Below are positions 14,134 to 27,765 of a DNA stretch of 64,000 bases, in pieces. The position numbers were made by a program, and so were the translations under genes. Position 1 is the first letter of the stretch; each line of letters opens with the position of its first letter. The notes below the pieces were generated by a model, which worked only from the letters and a program-made list of their open reading frames with translations, did not search any database and had not been told where the DNA came from. Source of the stretch: the human T2T-CHM13v2.0 reference genome, Homo sapiens; NCBI RefSeq assembly GCF_009914755.1, contig NC_060926.1; one strand, given 5' to 3'.

Positions 14134-14817
14134 AAAAAGCTAGATAAATTGAACTTCATAAGCATGAAAAACTTGTGTCTTTTAAAAGACACTATCAAGA
14201 AAGAGAGAAGACAATGGAATGGGAGAAACTATTTGCAAATCAAGTATCTGATTAGAGTCTTGTATTCAGAATATATAAAGAACTTTTACAACTCCACAAT
14301 ATAAAGAAAAATAACCCAATCTTAAAATAGGCCAAAGATTTGAATAGACTATTCTCTTAAAAAGAGGTATAAATGACCATGAGTACATGCAAAAGTGTTC
14401 AATATCTTAGTCATTGAGAAAATGCATATCAAATATGAGATATTACTTTATACCCACTGGACAGTTATAATCAAAAAGACAGTAACAACCCTTGGTGAAG
14501 ATGTTGAGAAATTGGAGCCCTCATATATTGCTGGAGGGAGTAAAAAGTGGTGCAGCTGCTGTGGAAAACAGCTTGGAAGTTTCTTACAAGGTTAAACATA
14601 GAGTTACTATTTCACTCAGAAATTCCTCCTGAGAACATACCTAAGAGAAGGACAAACAAATGTCCACCCAAAAACTAGTGTATGGATGTTCAGAGCAGCA
14701 TTACTCATAATAGTCAAGAGGTGAAAACAATCCAAATGTCCAGCAACCTATGATCGGATTAAGAAGGTGGTATATCCATTCAGTGGAATATTATTTGGCA
14801 ATAAAGAATAAAGTGCT

Positions 14818-15112
14818 GACCGGGCACCGCAGCTCATGCCTGTAATCCCAGCACTTTGGGAGACCGAGGCAGGTGGATCATGAGGTCAGGAGTCTGAGAC
14901 CAGCCCAGCCAACATGGTGAAACCCTGTCTCTACTGAAAATACAAAAAAAAATAGCCAGGAGTGGTGATGCATGCCTGTAATTCCAGCTACTCAGGAGGC
15001 TGAGGCAGGAGAATCACTTGAACCTGGGTGGCAGAGGTTGCAGTGAGCCGAGATTGTACCACTGCACCCCAGCCTGAGTGACAGAGCAAGACTCCATCTC
15101 GAAAAAAAAAAA
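14818..15112 (+). mobile_element. AluS (Sg-like)
   Basis: GGATCATGAGGTCAGGAG; TSD AAGAATAAAGTGCT/AGGAATGAAGTGCT. Confidence 0.95.
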
Positions 15113-15418
15113 AGGAATGAAGTGCTGACACACTACCAGGTGGATGAACCTTGAAAACATTATGGTAAATGAAAGAAGCAAGTCACAAAAGACCACATCT
15201 TAAATAATTCCATTTATTGAAATGTCCATAATAAACAAATCTATAGAGAGATAAAGTAGATCAGTGGCTGCCTAGGGTTGAAGACTGGGGAGAAATGAAC
15301 TGATAAGGGGGTATGGGGTTTCTTTTGCAGGTAATAAAAATGTCCCAAAATTAGATTGTAGTGATTGTTACACAATTGTGTGAATATACTAAAAATAATT
15401 AAATGCTACACTTCAAAT

Positions 15419-15630
15419 CAAGCTTGTCCAACCCACAGCCTGCAGGCCACATGCAGCCCAGGATGGCTTTGAATTCAGCCTAACATTCTTAAACTTTCTT
15501 AAAACATTGTGAGATTTTTTGAGATTTTTTTTTAGCTCATCAACTATCGTTAATGTATTTTATATATGGCCAAAGACAATTCTTCTTCTTCCTATGTGGC
15601 CCAGAGAAGCCAAAAGATTGGACACCCCTG
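15419..15630 (+). mobile_element. MER30 hAT-Charlie MITE
   Basis: Termini CAAGCTTGTCCAACCC...GATTGGACACCCCTG; 8-bp TSD CTTCAAAT/CTTTAAAT. Strand relative to consensus uncertain. Confidence 0.9.
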
Positions 15631-15698
15631 CTTTAAATAGATGAATCATATGGTATGTGAATTATATATCAATAAAGCTGTTATTAAAAGTGGAGGGG

Positions 15699-16382
<684 letters not shown>

Positions 16383-16611
16383 ACTTCCTGTTTAAGGGAA
16401 GAAGGTTGTATTTGTTTCTGTTTTCTGTTTTCCTTCAACATGTACCTGCAAACCTGCAGACAAAGAGTTATTGCAGAGATGAAGCTGCTCAGCTCAGAAA
16501 AATGCAACTTTAGGCCATTTGCCACTTTGAAAAAATGTAAAAGGACACTACAGAGAAACAACATAAGAATTGATATAAATAAATAAATAAAGGTATAAAA
16601 AAAGAAAAAAG

Positions 16612-16923
<312 letters not shown>

Positions 16924-18671
16924 TCAGTGGTAAAGAACAAGGTAGCAAAATGAAATTTAAATATTTTATCAGCCAGTATAAGAATAAATCATTATATGAT
17001 GAAAATCAAGTAGAAAATATTCTAAAGAGAAATGTTACAAACTAAGAGGTAATTTTTAAAACTTAAAAGGCACAAAAATTGACATTAAAAAAATGACAAG
17101 ATAAAATATAAAAGAAATGATAAAAAATTTAAAGTAAAATCCTTCCCTTTAAAATATGGAAGAACAAGAGCTCAAGCTTCCTAATTCAAAAATAATTAGA
17201 AGTCAGGTGAAATAAGCAGTACCATATTATGAAAATTATTAAGTATCAAGAAAACAGTGCAAACATCCCAGAGTCAACCCAAGACTAAGGTCATGAAAAC
17301 CTCGGATCCCAATAAGGTACAGGTAATGGATGTAGCTTTGAGGCAGGAGAGGAGACTACAGGCAGCCCCGGCCCTCAGCCTAGGGGACTTACCCAAGTGA
17401 GAGCCAAAGGACCCTGTGCCCCAGATGCCTGTCCCTTCCCCTTTCTGACAGATTCCTGCCTGCTAGTGCTGAATAATGTCCGGGAGAATGGGGAAGCATA
17501 GCTTTTGTCTGCAGCCACACTGGTCCCAGCAAGGCCCTCACCCCAGCCTCCACCGATAGCCCAGGGGTCTAATTCTACAGTCAGGGAGCCACACAGAGCC
17601 AGGGAATCTGCACACCTGTGCCCTGCACTGAGGGGTAGACTCTCAGCCCTGGGGAGGACCCTGGGTCCAGCCAGCATTTTGTGGCTGCCCTCACTCAGAC
17701 TTCATCTCTGTTGAGGCATCGATCGAGTGCCATCTTTCCTACACACAGCCTGCCCTGGCATCAAAACTCTCCTGTAGGACTAGGACTCCAGTGGACACAA
17801 AATTCCCATTATACCACAACCTAACCCTGACCCCAAGGAGACTCAGACCATGCCCCCCACAATCACAGTGGGGGAGACCCGGAGACTTAACGTGACCCAG
17901 AACCCCCAAGTGAGCAGAATTTGGTTAGTGTCCCTGGTGAAAGACAGGACAATGCAAGTCCACAACTCCGTTCACTGTCATTGTCACTGGAGCAGTCTTT
18001 CTAAAAGAGCCTAAATCACACAAATCCCACACAAAAATGAGGATGCACGCTCATTCCCTCCCCTTCCAGTTGCTTGTGTCCAAAGCTGGCTCAGTGTCAT
18101 TTGTGGGCTCATGGCACCTGCCCACCACCAAGCGGTGCTGCAGCGGCCCCTCCTTCTGGCTCTTGCGTGATTGTCCACGGCTTCCTCTTTGCAGTATCAT
18201 CATAAGCTGTGGCCTACCCGGGGATATGGAGGAGCCATTCGGCAAGGTTTCTGAGGTCAGAGTCAGAGAGGGACTCAGCTTCTCCTGCAAACAAGCTTGG
18301 CTTCTTGCCCGGAGTTCATTAAACACCATCATGGACTGTTAGAGCACAGGCATTGCCCAGCTTTGCGGGTCTCCAGTTCTATGGCTCAGGGCCATACCCA
18401 CTCGGTCCCACAACCCTGAGCCAAAGGAAGATAAAACTGTACTCCAGGGCAAAGCTGGGATAAAAGGCCCACTCTTCTCTTAGCTGCGGATTACACTTCC
18501 CATAGACACCCACATAGCGAGGGCTCAGCCGCTCTCAGAGGTGAGGCGAACACGGTCCAAGCCTTTGAGTGAGGCATTCCCAAGGAGAGGGGAGAAATTG
18601 GAACAAGAACAAAGAGAACATAAATATGGGAAATATCTACATTAAGGGATATACATTAAAAAAAAAAATAC

Positions 18672-18960
18672 CCAGGCCCTGTGGCTCACCCCTGTAATCC
18701 CAACATTTCGGGTGGCTGAGATGGCACAATCGCTTGAGCCCAGGAGTTGGAGACCAACCTGGGCAACATGGTGAAATCCCGTCTCTATGAAAAATAAGCA
18801 AAATTAATCAGGCATGGTGGCACACACCTGTGGTCCCAGCTATTCAGGAGGCTGAGGTGGAAGGATCACTTGAACCCAGGAAGCTGCGGTTGAGCCAAGA
18901 TTGTGCCACTGCACTCCAGCCTGGGCAACAGAGTGGGACCATGTCTCGAAAAAAAAAATA
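18672..18960 (+). mobile_element. AluJb-like
   Basis: GCTTGAGCCCAGGAG...CTGGGCAACATGGTGAAA; A tail. Confidence 0.92.
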
Positions 18961-19290
18961 AATTTAAATTTAAAAAACTATATATATATAATTTAAAAAC
19001 AACAAATGAAGGCATCCTTAGCTCAGCATCTGGCTGCCAACCTTCAAAAGTCAAATCACTTTTGTCTTCAGCTCTATCTCTGCAGTTGTTCCTAAGCATA
19101 GAAATCTGGGTCAAGGCCTCTCGGTGGATGGACGCCACTATATCACTATAATGTACAGAGACAGAGGTCACCTTATTGGGTGACAGGACTACATGAGCCT
19201 AGTGTAGCAGAGACACAGGATAGAGAGGAAAGACAATTTGGTGCATTAAATGAGGTTACCGTGCCCTCCAGTTAATGAAACCATGGTGAC

Positions 19291-19776
19291 TGTAACAGTC
19301 AGAATCCTGGCAGGACACAGAGTCCTGCTCAGATGGTTCAAGAGCAAAATTAATGAAGTTCCCGTTTACAGAGCTGTGGGCAGAGTAAGCACAGCAAAGA
19401 AGCGCTGAGGTGCCCAGAGCCCAGCCACAGTGGGAGCCATTGCCACACACCTGAGTCAAAATGACAGGAGAGGAAATAGCCTAGGGGTGGTCATGGCCCA
19501 ACAAGAGCCCAGCAAGAGTGGCAGCTGTGGAGAGGGGGCTGCCCAGGAGAACTGCAGACACGCAGGGATACAGCCATCACCAAAATAAGGCCTGGAAAGA
19601 AACATTCAGATATCTCTCCCTGCTTCAATAGTCAATCATTAGTGCCTCCCAAATACCCAAGCCAACAGGAAGCCAGCAGGCAGGGAGACGGAAGCTGTGG
19701 ATCTGGGAGGGATCTCAGAGCAGAGGAGTGAGAAGGATGGCTGGGGCCAGGGAGGAGACAGAGAATACCACACGCA
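19291..19776 (-). mobile_element. ERVL LTR41-like LTR
   Basis: TGTAACAGTCAGAATCCTGGCAGGA...TTTACAGAGCTGTGGGCAG...GTGCCTCCCA...CAACAGGAAGCCAG; highly diverged. Confidence 0.5.
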
Positions 19777-19803
19777 GTGATGACTAATAATTAAGAAAGT
19801 GCC

Positions 19804-19945
19804 GCCCAGGTGCGGTGGCTCATGCCTATAACCCCAGCACTTTGGGAGGCCAAGGCAGGAGGATTGCTTAAGGCCAGGAGTTCAAGACTAGCCTGGGCAA
19901 GATAGCAAGATACCATCTCTACTTAAAAAGAGAAAGAGAAAGAAA
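19804..19945 (+). mobile_element. FLAM-C / free left Alu monomer
   Basis: Single left arm, GA-rich tail, TSD AAGAAAGTGCC/AAGAAAGAGCC. Confidence 0.88.
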
Positions 19946-19967
19946 GAAAGAGCCATTCCTTTAGGAC

Positions 19968-20169
19968 CAGGTTCCTCAACTGTGGCGCTCCGAACATTTG
20001 GGACCAGATAATTCTTTGTTGTGGGATCCTCCTGGGCATCATAGGATGTCTAGTGGCATCCGACAGGCCAGATGACAGCAGCAGCCCCCTAGTCCCAACA
20101 TTAAAACTGTCTTCAGACATTGCTGATTGAACCCTGGGGGGCAAAATCATCCTAAGCCAAGAACCACTG
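19968..20169 (-). mobile_element. MER20 hAT-Charlie MITE
   Basis: GATAATTCTTTGTTGTGGG...CAGACATTGC...GGGGGGCAAAATC...GAACCACTG. Confidence 0.85.
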
Positions 20170-20886
20170 CTGTAGGGTTATAGTAATAGACTGCAATGAG
20201 ATAAGGTCAAGGCTTCTGATGCTACAACAATAAGAGAAAAAGACACCGAGAAGATCCATTCCCCACCTTCCTCAGTTATTGCATCTAAGAGAGGGGATAG
20301 TGGGATGTAAACTAAAGGTACTTCTGTTTCTTGCAAGATGCTTGACAAAATGAATGTGAAAATCCTTCTACTAAAAAGGCAGGAAAAAATAGAACTAAAA
20401 TGAAAAACAACAATGCCTAGTTAGGTCAGGAACAATAGTGCTGGGTAAGGGATGGAGTGTGGTGGGTGGGGGCATGGAGACAAACCCAGCCACAGAGGAC
20501 AAGCTTAGGTGAGTCTATGCAGGAGGTGAAATGGGAGAGTGGAGATCCACGCTTCGTCAGGGCTTTTCATGTGGAGCTAGAAAAAAAAATGTGCTGACCA
20601 GCCCAAGAAAAGAAGCAGGAAGCCTGTGACTCGCTAGAATCTGGGACAGGAGAAATGCCTCCCTTCAAAAATAAAACACCACCTTTGCCTCCTGCCGGTT
20701 TGGAGTTTGATTTCATAGTCACAGGAAACTCCAAGCTGTGAAGTTAATGGTTAAAAATAATAATAATGCAGGAGCAGTGACACACCTGAGGCACAAAAAA
20801 ACCCCATGGATGCCTATGGCTGGGAGGTGGGGAAAATGGGGGAATATTGGTAAAATGGTCTATTTCAGTTAGATTAATACATTCTG

Positions 20887-21170
20887 GGCTGGGTGCAGTG
20901 GCTCACACCTGTAATTCCAGCACTTTGGGAGGCCAAGGCTGGTGGCACCTGAGGTCAGGAGTTCGAGACCAGCCTGGCCAACATGGTGAAACCCCGTCTC
21001 TACTAAAAATACAAAATTTTAGCCAGGCGTGGTGGTGCATGCCTGTAGTCCCAGCAGGAGAGTCACTTGAACCCAGGAGGCGGAGGTTGCAGTGAGTCGA
21101 GACCATGCCGTTGCACTCCAGCCTGGGCAACAAGAGTGAAATTCTATCTCAAAAAAATAACTAACTGAAT
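20887..21170 (+). mobile_element. AluSp/Sq-like with small internal deletions
   Basis: CAACAAGAGTGAAA diagnostic; right arm reads CCCAGCAGGAGA (about 18 nt lost); TSD AATACATTCT/AATAAATTCT. Confidence 0.92.
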
Positions 21171-21202
21171 AAATAAATTCTAGGGATCTAATTACAGCAT
21201 GG

Positions 21203-21578
21203 TGTATTTGTCCATTCTCACGCTGCTATAAAGACATACCGGAAACTAGGTAATTCATGAAGGAAAGAGGTTTAATTGACTCACAGTTCCACATGGCTGG
21301 GGAGGCCTCAGGAAACTTACAATCATGGCAGAAGGTGAAGAAGCAAGGCACCTGCTTCACAATGTGGCAGGAAGGAGAAGTGTGTGGCAGGGGAAATGCC
21401 AGATGCTGATAAAACCATCAGATCTCATGAGAACTCACTCACTACCATAAGAACAGCATAGAGGAAACCACCCCCATGAACTAATCACCTCCCACCAGTT
21501 CCCTCCCTCAATATGTGAGCATTATGGGGATTACAATTCAAGATGAGATTTGGGTGGGGACACAGCCACACCATATCA
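21203..21578 (-). mobile_element. THE1D/THE1C-like solo LTR
   Basis: TGTATT...CCATATCA termini; perfect 5-bp TSD CATGG at 21198-21202 and 21579-21583. Confidence 0.92.
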
Positions 21579-22090
21579 CATGGTGACTATAGTTAATGCA
21601 CACCATTGAAATTAGCTAAAAGAATAGATCTTTTAGCAAGATCTACATACACACACAAAGGTAACTATGTGCAGTGATGGATGTGTTAACTAACTTGATT
21701 GTGGTCACCATTTCACAGTGTGTACACGTATCAAATCACTACATGGTACACCTTAAATATATACAATTTTGTCAATTATATTTCAGTAAAGCAGGAGGAA
21801 GAAAAACAGAAAACCTCATGAATTCCACAGGAAAAAAAGAAAAAAAAACAACAACACTTAACATGAGTTTGGGATCCAAAAACCATAAAGCAATCTTCCA
21901 TAACAGACACTCAGCAATGAGCACTTCAATATCCCACATCAAACCACAGACACAATCAACAGTAAGAGGAGTCAAAATTACAAGAAAAGAACTAGACTCT
22001 GAAATAAACAAGGATAGGTCTGAAGCGAGAAATTAGCTTTCACTAACAATGTTATTAAACCTCCATAGAAGAGCTAAAAAGTAAATTAGA

Positions 22091-22423
<333 letters not shown>

Positions 22424-22829
22424 TCACATTGGAGCCAATTGTGAGGAGTCAAAGTTTAGTGGTAACTGATTTTATCCTAGAAATAGTATTACAGTAGGAA
22501 GATCTGTTCCCAGGAGATCAATGACAGCTATGCGAGAAATTAACCTAACATCAAATTGGGTGAACTGTGAATTGCATACCTGCCCTGCTCATGGTGTAAG
22601 GGTTTCTTCATAGGACTGTGGATCAGTTAATCCATGCAAGAGTAACTAATTGTATACAGTTGTATTTGATGTTCCAGTGAGGATTCCTCTACTAGATTGT
22701 TTCCTTACATTCCTGCTTCGCTTTTTTTCTGAAAACTGCCACACCTTTATAAGGGCCAGGCAGGTGGTAAGAGCTTTGTTTTCTTTAAATCCGTGTCACC
22801 TGACAGCTTCTGAGAAACTCACCCACCCA

Positions 22830-23010
22830 TACTTATTCACTGTATTAATATTTACTGAGTATCCACCATCCACTCTTCTAGGTGCTTGGGATTAATCTAT
22901 GGGGGAGGGGAGAACCTAGCCTTGAGCAGCTTGCATTTATGATAAGGTAATAATAATAAATAAGTAAACCACATTGTACATTGAAAGAAATAAGTGCCGT
23001 GGAGAAAAGA
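22830..23010 (-). mobile_element. L2 3'-end fragment
   Basis: TTATTCAC...ATATTTACTGAGTATC...CTAGGTGCTTGGGAT. Confidence 0.5.
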
Positions 23011-23664
23011 AATCCACGCCCCATGCCCTGTGGAATTTGCAGTAAAGGCAACAGCTGCCTACTCCTTCTTATTGTAAATTTCCCTGAAACAAGCGTACAT
23101 TTTTCTGCTTTTCTTTTTGGGTTTCATGTCCTCAAAGCTATCAATGATACATTTTGTCATTTCTGATGTCAATAATCTAGGTATACAGCGATCTTTCTTG
23201 TTGCTGTTCAAATGACACGTATACAGATGGCCCTAGGTGGGCACTGCAGCCTTCCACAGCCTCCTAGGCAAAGCTATGGGGAAGAAGGCACTCTGTGGGC
23301 CTAGCCCGGCCATGTAGTCCTACTGTTCAGCCTTCCGCAACAATCACAGGCAGCCTCCAGGGATCAGCATAGCCAGAGAATTGATTAACCTCCCCAGTTG
23401 TTTCTGCACAGTGAGGGGGCCGCTGGGTCACCCACCAGAAAGCAAAACCCACAACTAGCTGCTTCCTGGGAAAACATAGGTGGCATCATGGGAAGCCAGA
23501 GAATGACATAGAGTTAGCCCAGGAGGCAATGGAGACTTAACAGAGATCACCAATATTTCTGAGCAAAATCCAGCCCCTCTCCCCTCTCTACCCCAGGAAA
23601 CACCTGATCAGGAGGAAAGGTAGAGAAAGATGGAGATAGAGGTAAGAAAGCTGGAAAAGGCTAG

Positions 23665-23807
23665 GACACAGACTCCATCCTCCAGCCTCCATAAGGAACC
23701 AGCCCCATTGTAAGACCTATTTGCAGACCTCTGACCCAGCACTGAAAAAGGATAAATTTGTGTTGGTTAAGCTAAGTTTGCTGTAATTTCTTATAGGAAA
23801 CCAACAT
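23665..23807 (+). mobile_element. MLT1 (C/D-like) LTR 3' fragment
   Basis: AGCCTCCATAAGGAACCAGCCC...GATAAATTTGTGTTGGTTAAGC...TAATTTCTTATAG. Confidence 0.6.
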
Positions 23808-23811
23808 CGTC

Positions 23812-24112
23812 TCTTTCTTTTTCTTTCCTTCTTTCTTTCTTTCAGACAGGCTCTCACTCTTGTCACCCAGGTAAATGCAGCGGCAAAATCACTACTCACT
23901 GCAGCCTCCACCTCCCGAGCTCAAGCAATCCTCCCACTTCAGCCTCCTGATTAGCTGGGACTTCAAGTGCATAGCACCACACCCACTTAATTTTTGTATG
24001 TTTTTGTAGAGACAGGGTGTGGCCATGTTGCCCAGGCTGGCTTTGAATTCCTGGGCTCAAGCGATCCTTCCGCTTAGGCCTCCCAAAGTGCTGGGATTAT
24101 AGATGTGAGTCA
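23812..24112 (-). mobile_element. AluJ
   Basis: Antisense dimer with CCTGGGCTCAAGCGATCC and CACTGCAGCCTC. Confidence 0.92.
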
Positions 24113-24164
24113 TTTTTGTATTGTTCCACCGCAAAGCTACTAGCTTGCGCACCTACATTCGCTC

Positions 24165-24440
24165 TGCAGATATTTGTTGCATGGGACACAGCCCTAGGAA
24201 AAAGACAACGAGCTCCCTGCCGTTGTTGAGTTTACAGTCCATTGGGGAGGACCCACCTAAAACATGATGTTTTCAGATGATTTCCTACATATCCTTTATA
24301 CAAGAAGAGTAACCTCACGGTGACTACGGAGGGACTGCTCTTAGAGGGCAGTCAAGGAGGGCCTTTCTGAGGAGGTGGCACTTGAGATGAACCTGGAGGG
24401 ATGAGAAAGAGCCACATATGAAATGACAGAGCAAACAGCA
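24165..24440 (-). mobile_element. L2 fragment
   Basis: CCCTGCCGTTGTTGAGTTTACAGTC...GTCAAGGAGGGCCTTTCTGAGGAGGTGGCACTTGAG. Confidence 0.6.
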
Positions 24441-25103
24441 GGAGGGAGACGGGATCTCCAGGTATAGAAGGGGGACTGTATGGCTGGATGAAGGGCGAGT
24501 GCTGCTGCTTCAGGGAGGAGGTGGGCTTGGGAGCCAGTCACAGTGGCTGCAAAACCAATGGAGACAGGATGTCCCTGACATCTCAAATACACGGGATCCA
24601 TGAGAAGTAGCAGGGATTGGCTCTGCGAAGGGCCTATGCTCCTCTCCCTTTTATATTTTGTATTGAATTACAACTCAAACCTGATTTTAAAATGCTAACC
24701 TTTGGTTTGGTTGATTCGTGGACGAATTAGCCATAACTGCAATGCAGGGCCGAGTTGTAGATAAATGGAGTTAAAGAGACACTTGGGAAAGGCATGAAAA
24801 GCAAACTCCTCTAGGGAGAAGGAAGCCAGGTGGCCTGATGGCTCCCTGCTGGCCAGTGCGGGGGCTGTGGGGGTGCTGCCTCCCCCTGAAGCCGTGGCAT
24901 TTGCCTGTGTGTCCAGCCACAAAGTCCCTCTTCTGTACCTGGTCTTGCCTCCCTCCTGCTCTTTCCAACGCCTGGAACCCTTTTCCCCTTGCCATTTCAG
25001 ACCTGGCTCCTTCTCATCCCTCCTGGTGGGCAGAGGAGGACGAAATCACAAAAGCCTTGAGAAGCCTGGGGAAAGGAGTCCTGCTAAGCAGGTGTGTTGT
25101 GAG

Positions 25104-25644
25104 TGTCAGAGGCGTGTGAACCAGAGCAACTCCATCTTGAACAGGAGCTGGGTAAAAGGAGGCTGAGACCTACTGGGCTGCATTCCCAGACGGTTAAGGC
25201 ATTCTAAGTCACAGGATGGGATAGGAGGTTGACACAAGATACAGGTCATAAAGACCTTGCTGATAAAACAGGGTGCCATAAAGAAGCCGGCCAAATCCCA
25301 CCAAAACCAAGATAGCGACAAGAGTGACCTCTTGCCATCCTCACTGCTACACTCCCGCCAGCGCCATGACAGTTTACAAATGCCATGGCAACAACAGGAA
25401 GTTACCCTATATGGTCTAAAAAGGGGAGGCGTGGATAATCTACTCCTTGTTTAGCATATCATCAATAAATAATCATACAAACCAGCAGCCCTCGGGGCTG
25501 CTCTGTCTACGGAGGAGCGATTTTTTCTTCCTCTACTTTCTTAATAAACTTGCTTTCACTTTATGGACTCGCCCTGAATTCTTTCTTGCATGAGATCCAA
25601 GAACCCTCTCTTGGGGTCTGGATCGGGACCCCTGTCCTGTAACA
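25104..25644 (+). mobile_element. MER41A solo LTR (ERV1)
   Basis: TGTCAGAGGCGTGTGAACCAGAGCAACTCCATCTTGAA...GGGTCTGGATCGGGACCCCTGTCCTGTAACA; perfect 4-bp TSD TGAG; AATAAA near 25543. Confidence 0.93.
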
Positions 25645-26140
25645 TGAGGGCCAGAGAGATACGGCAGTGCCCGGTGGGGTCCACACAGTCAAGAAGACGG
25701 CCATGCAGGCCTGAAATCCAAGATTTAGTGCCTGGGACCTGGAAGAAGAGACCCCGTGGAAGAGGGGATGAAGACAGAGCCCAGGTGTGACCCCAGTGGC
25801 AAACACTTGGCTCCACCAAGTCACCCCTTCTCCAGAGAGTTATCTACGCACTCACTGTCTGAGGACAAGTAGGATATCCCAAGCATCACAAGTAGTTCTG
25901 TTTGGTTGATAATGATGAGTGTATTTTCTTATATACATCGAAGTAGCAAGCCTATGCAACAAACACCCACCCCACTTGACTATTTTGAACTTTATCTAGA
26001 CTGCATTATAAATGAAAATTATGCTGCAAAAAGTCCACTTCCATAGTTCACTATATATGGAGAAACAAAATAAAAAAACAAAAAAATTATAAATCTAGGA
26101 ATTTTGTCTAAGTGGTAGGCACTAAGATATTCATTACATT

Positions 26141-26440
26141 GGCCAGGCACAGTGGTTCACGCCTGTAATCCCAACACTTTGGGAAGCCAAGGCAGGGAGA
26201 TCACCTGAGGTCAGGAGTTTGAGACCAGCCTGGCCAACATGGCAAAACCCCATGTCTATTAAAAATACAAAAATTAGCCAGATGCGCTGGTGCACGCCTG
26301 TAGTCCCAGCTACTCGGGAGGCTGAGGCACAAAAATCACTTGAACCCAGGAGCCAGGATTTTCAATGAGCCAAGATGGCGCCACTGCACTCCACCCTGGG
26401 CAACAGAGTAAGACTCTGTCTCAGGAAAAAAAAAAAAAAA
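26141..26440 (+). mobile_element. AluSx-like
   Basis: Full dimer with GATCACCTGAGGTCAGGAG; A tail. Confidence 0.95.
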
Positions 26441-26619
26441 GTTATTCATCATATCATTTTTATAGTGGCAAATAAATGGAAACACAAAATTCACAGATGG
26501 TAAAATAATTTGTAGAATATCTATGTGGTGGGCTACTAAGCAGCCATTAAAATTTACATTAAAAGAAAAATAATAATAGAATGTATTGGGCATTGCTTTG
26601 CAAACTGAAAGCACTTGGT

Positions 26620-26790
26620 TTCAGCTTCCCACAACAACTCTATGAGGTGTATGCTAGCATTATCTTTTTTCTTTTCAGAGGACGGAATAAGGCACAGAGA
26701 TGTCAATTAACTCACCTAAGGACATATTGCTAGTAATTCTGAGAACCAGAATTCAAACCCAGTTGATTTGACTTACCAGCTTATCTTCTT
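26620..26790 (-). mobile_element. MIR
   Basis: CACAACAACTCTATGAGGT...TTTTCAGAGGA...AAGGCACAGAGA...GAATTCAAACCCAG. Confidence 0.75.
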
Positions 26791-26822
26791 CATCCTTGTA
26801 TATACAGCGAATAAAAAAATTT

Positions 26823-26970
26823 GAGCAAGGCACAGTGGCTCAAGCCTGTAGTCTTAGCTGCTTGGGAGGCTGAGGCAGGAGGATTGCTTGAGCTCAGGAG
26901 TCCAAAGCTGCAGTGAGCTATGATTGCACCACTGGGTGACAAGAGCAAGACCCCTATCTCTTAAAAAAAA
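26823..26970 (+). mobile_element. FAM/FRAM-like Alu monomer with internal deletion
   Basis: Single arm GTGGCTCAAGCCTGTAGTC...GCTGCAGTGAGCTATGATTGCACCACTG; A-rich TSD AAAAAAATTT. Confidence 0.85.
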
Positions 26971-27708
26971 TTTTGTAATGACATGGGGCAATGTTCATAA
27001 TTTGTAGTTTAGTAAGAAAAGTAGGTAATAAACAGTATACTCTGCATAATCTTAAGTAAAAAAAAAAAACATATATACTATCTACGGTATCACAGCTAAA
27101 ACATTTGGGGAGAGGTGATGATTTGGGAGCAGCAGCAGGATTTTATTTTTTATCCTGAGGTAATTCTTTTTTAACAATTTTTACACATTTGCAGCATAAA
27201 TAAGTCCATGAGTCCATGCCTTATATTGTGCAATTTCATACACTTCTGAGAGTTCCATTCCTGACAGGTACAGTACCCCCAGGGTTGTGGGTAGGGGCTT
27301 GCTCTTCCCATAATTGGCACTTCCTTCATAATCTGCCTTTCTTTTCTGGAAAGCAGTCTGGAAGGACAGACATCAGCATTTTAAAGGAGGTTGGGAGGAC
27401 TACAGTTCACTTTAATGTCCTCCTTATGCTGTCTTTATTCTTTACTGGCCCCATTTTTAAAAAACCATGAACATAACTTACATGTATTCAGAAAATGTGA
27501 TAAAAGTTCCAAAAAGACAAGAGTGCACTATCGGTTGCCCACAAGTCCAAGCTCCCTCCCCAGCTCAGCCCCTGAGGTCTGACGTGGGGTCTGGTTGCAA
27601 CTTGAAATGCTTCCCAAGTGATTCTAAGGTTCACCTTGATGGAGAACCCCTATCTGTCACCAGGAGGGCCGCCCCTTCGAATGGAGCCCTCAGTCTTCCA
27701 GAACAGCC

Positions 27709-27765
27709 CCTCATATGGCACATCCTCATATGGCACATCCTCACATGCCATCCTCATATGGCACA
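27709..27765. repeat. 15-bp tandem repeat, about 4 copies (CCTCATATGGCACAT)
   Basis: Units start at 27709, 27724, 27739 (13-nt variant) and 27752. Confidence 0.92.

Larger units (their letters stand above)
12707..15689 (+). mobile_element. L1MB-type element (3' ORF2 and 3'UTR) with nested Alus and MER30
   Basis: Degenerate ORF2 (TCAGGAACAAGACAAAGATG; TTATCTCTATTTGTAGATGGCATGAT, the FADD motif region); ends GTATGTGAATTATATATCAATAAAGCTGTT. Confidence 0.9.
20805..21806 (+). mobile_element. L1MA9/L1MB-like 3'UTR with nested Alu and THE1
   Basis: GGTAACTATGTG...GATGGATGTGTTAACTAACTTGATTGTGG...GTACACCTTAAATATATACAATTTT; the sequence is continuous across both inserts. Confidence 0.8.

Noticed and set aside
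17387-17396. Minus-strand donor TGG|GTAAGT
   Set aside because: Isolated site with no convincing partner acceptor.
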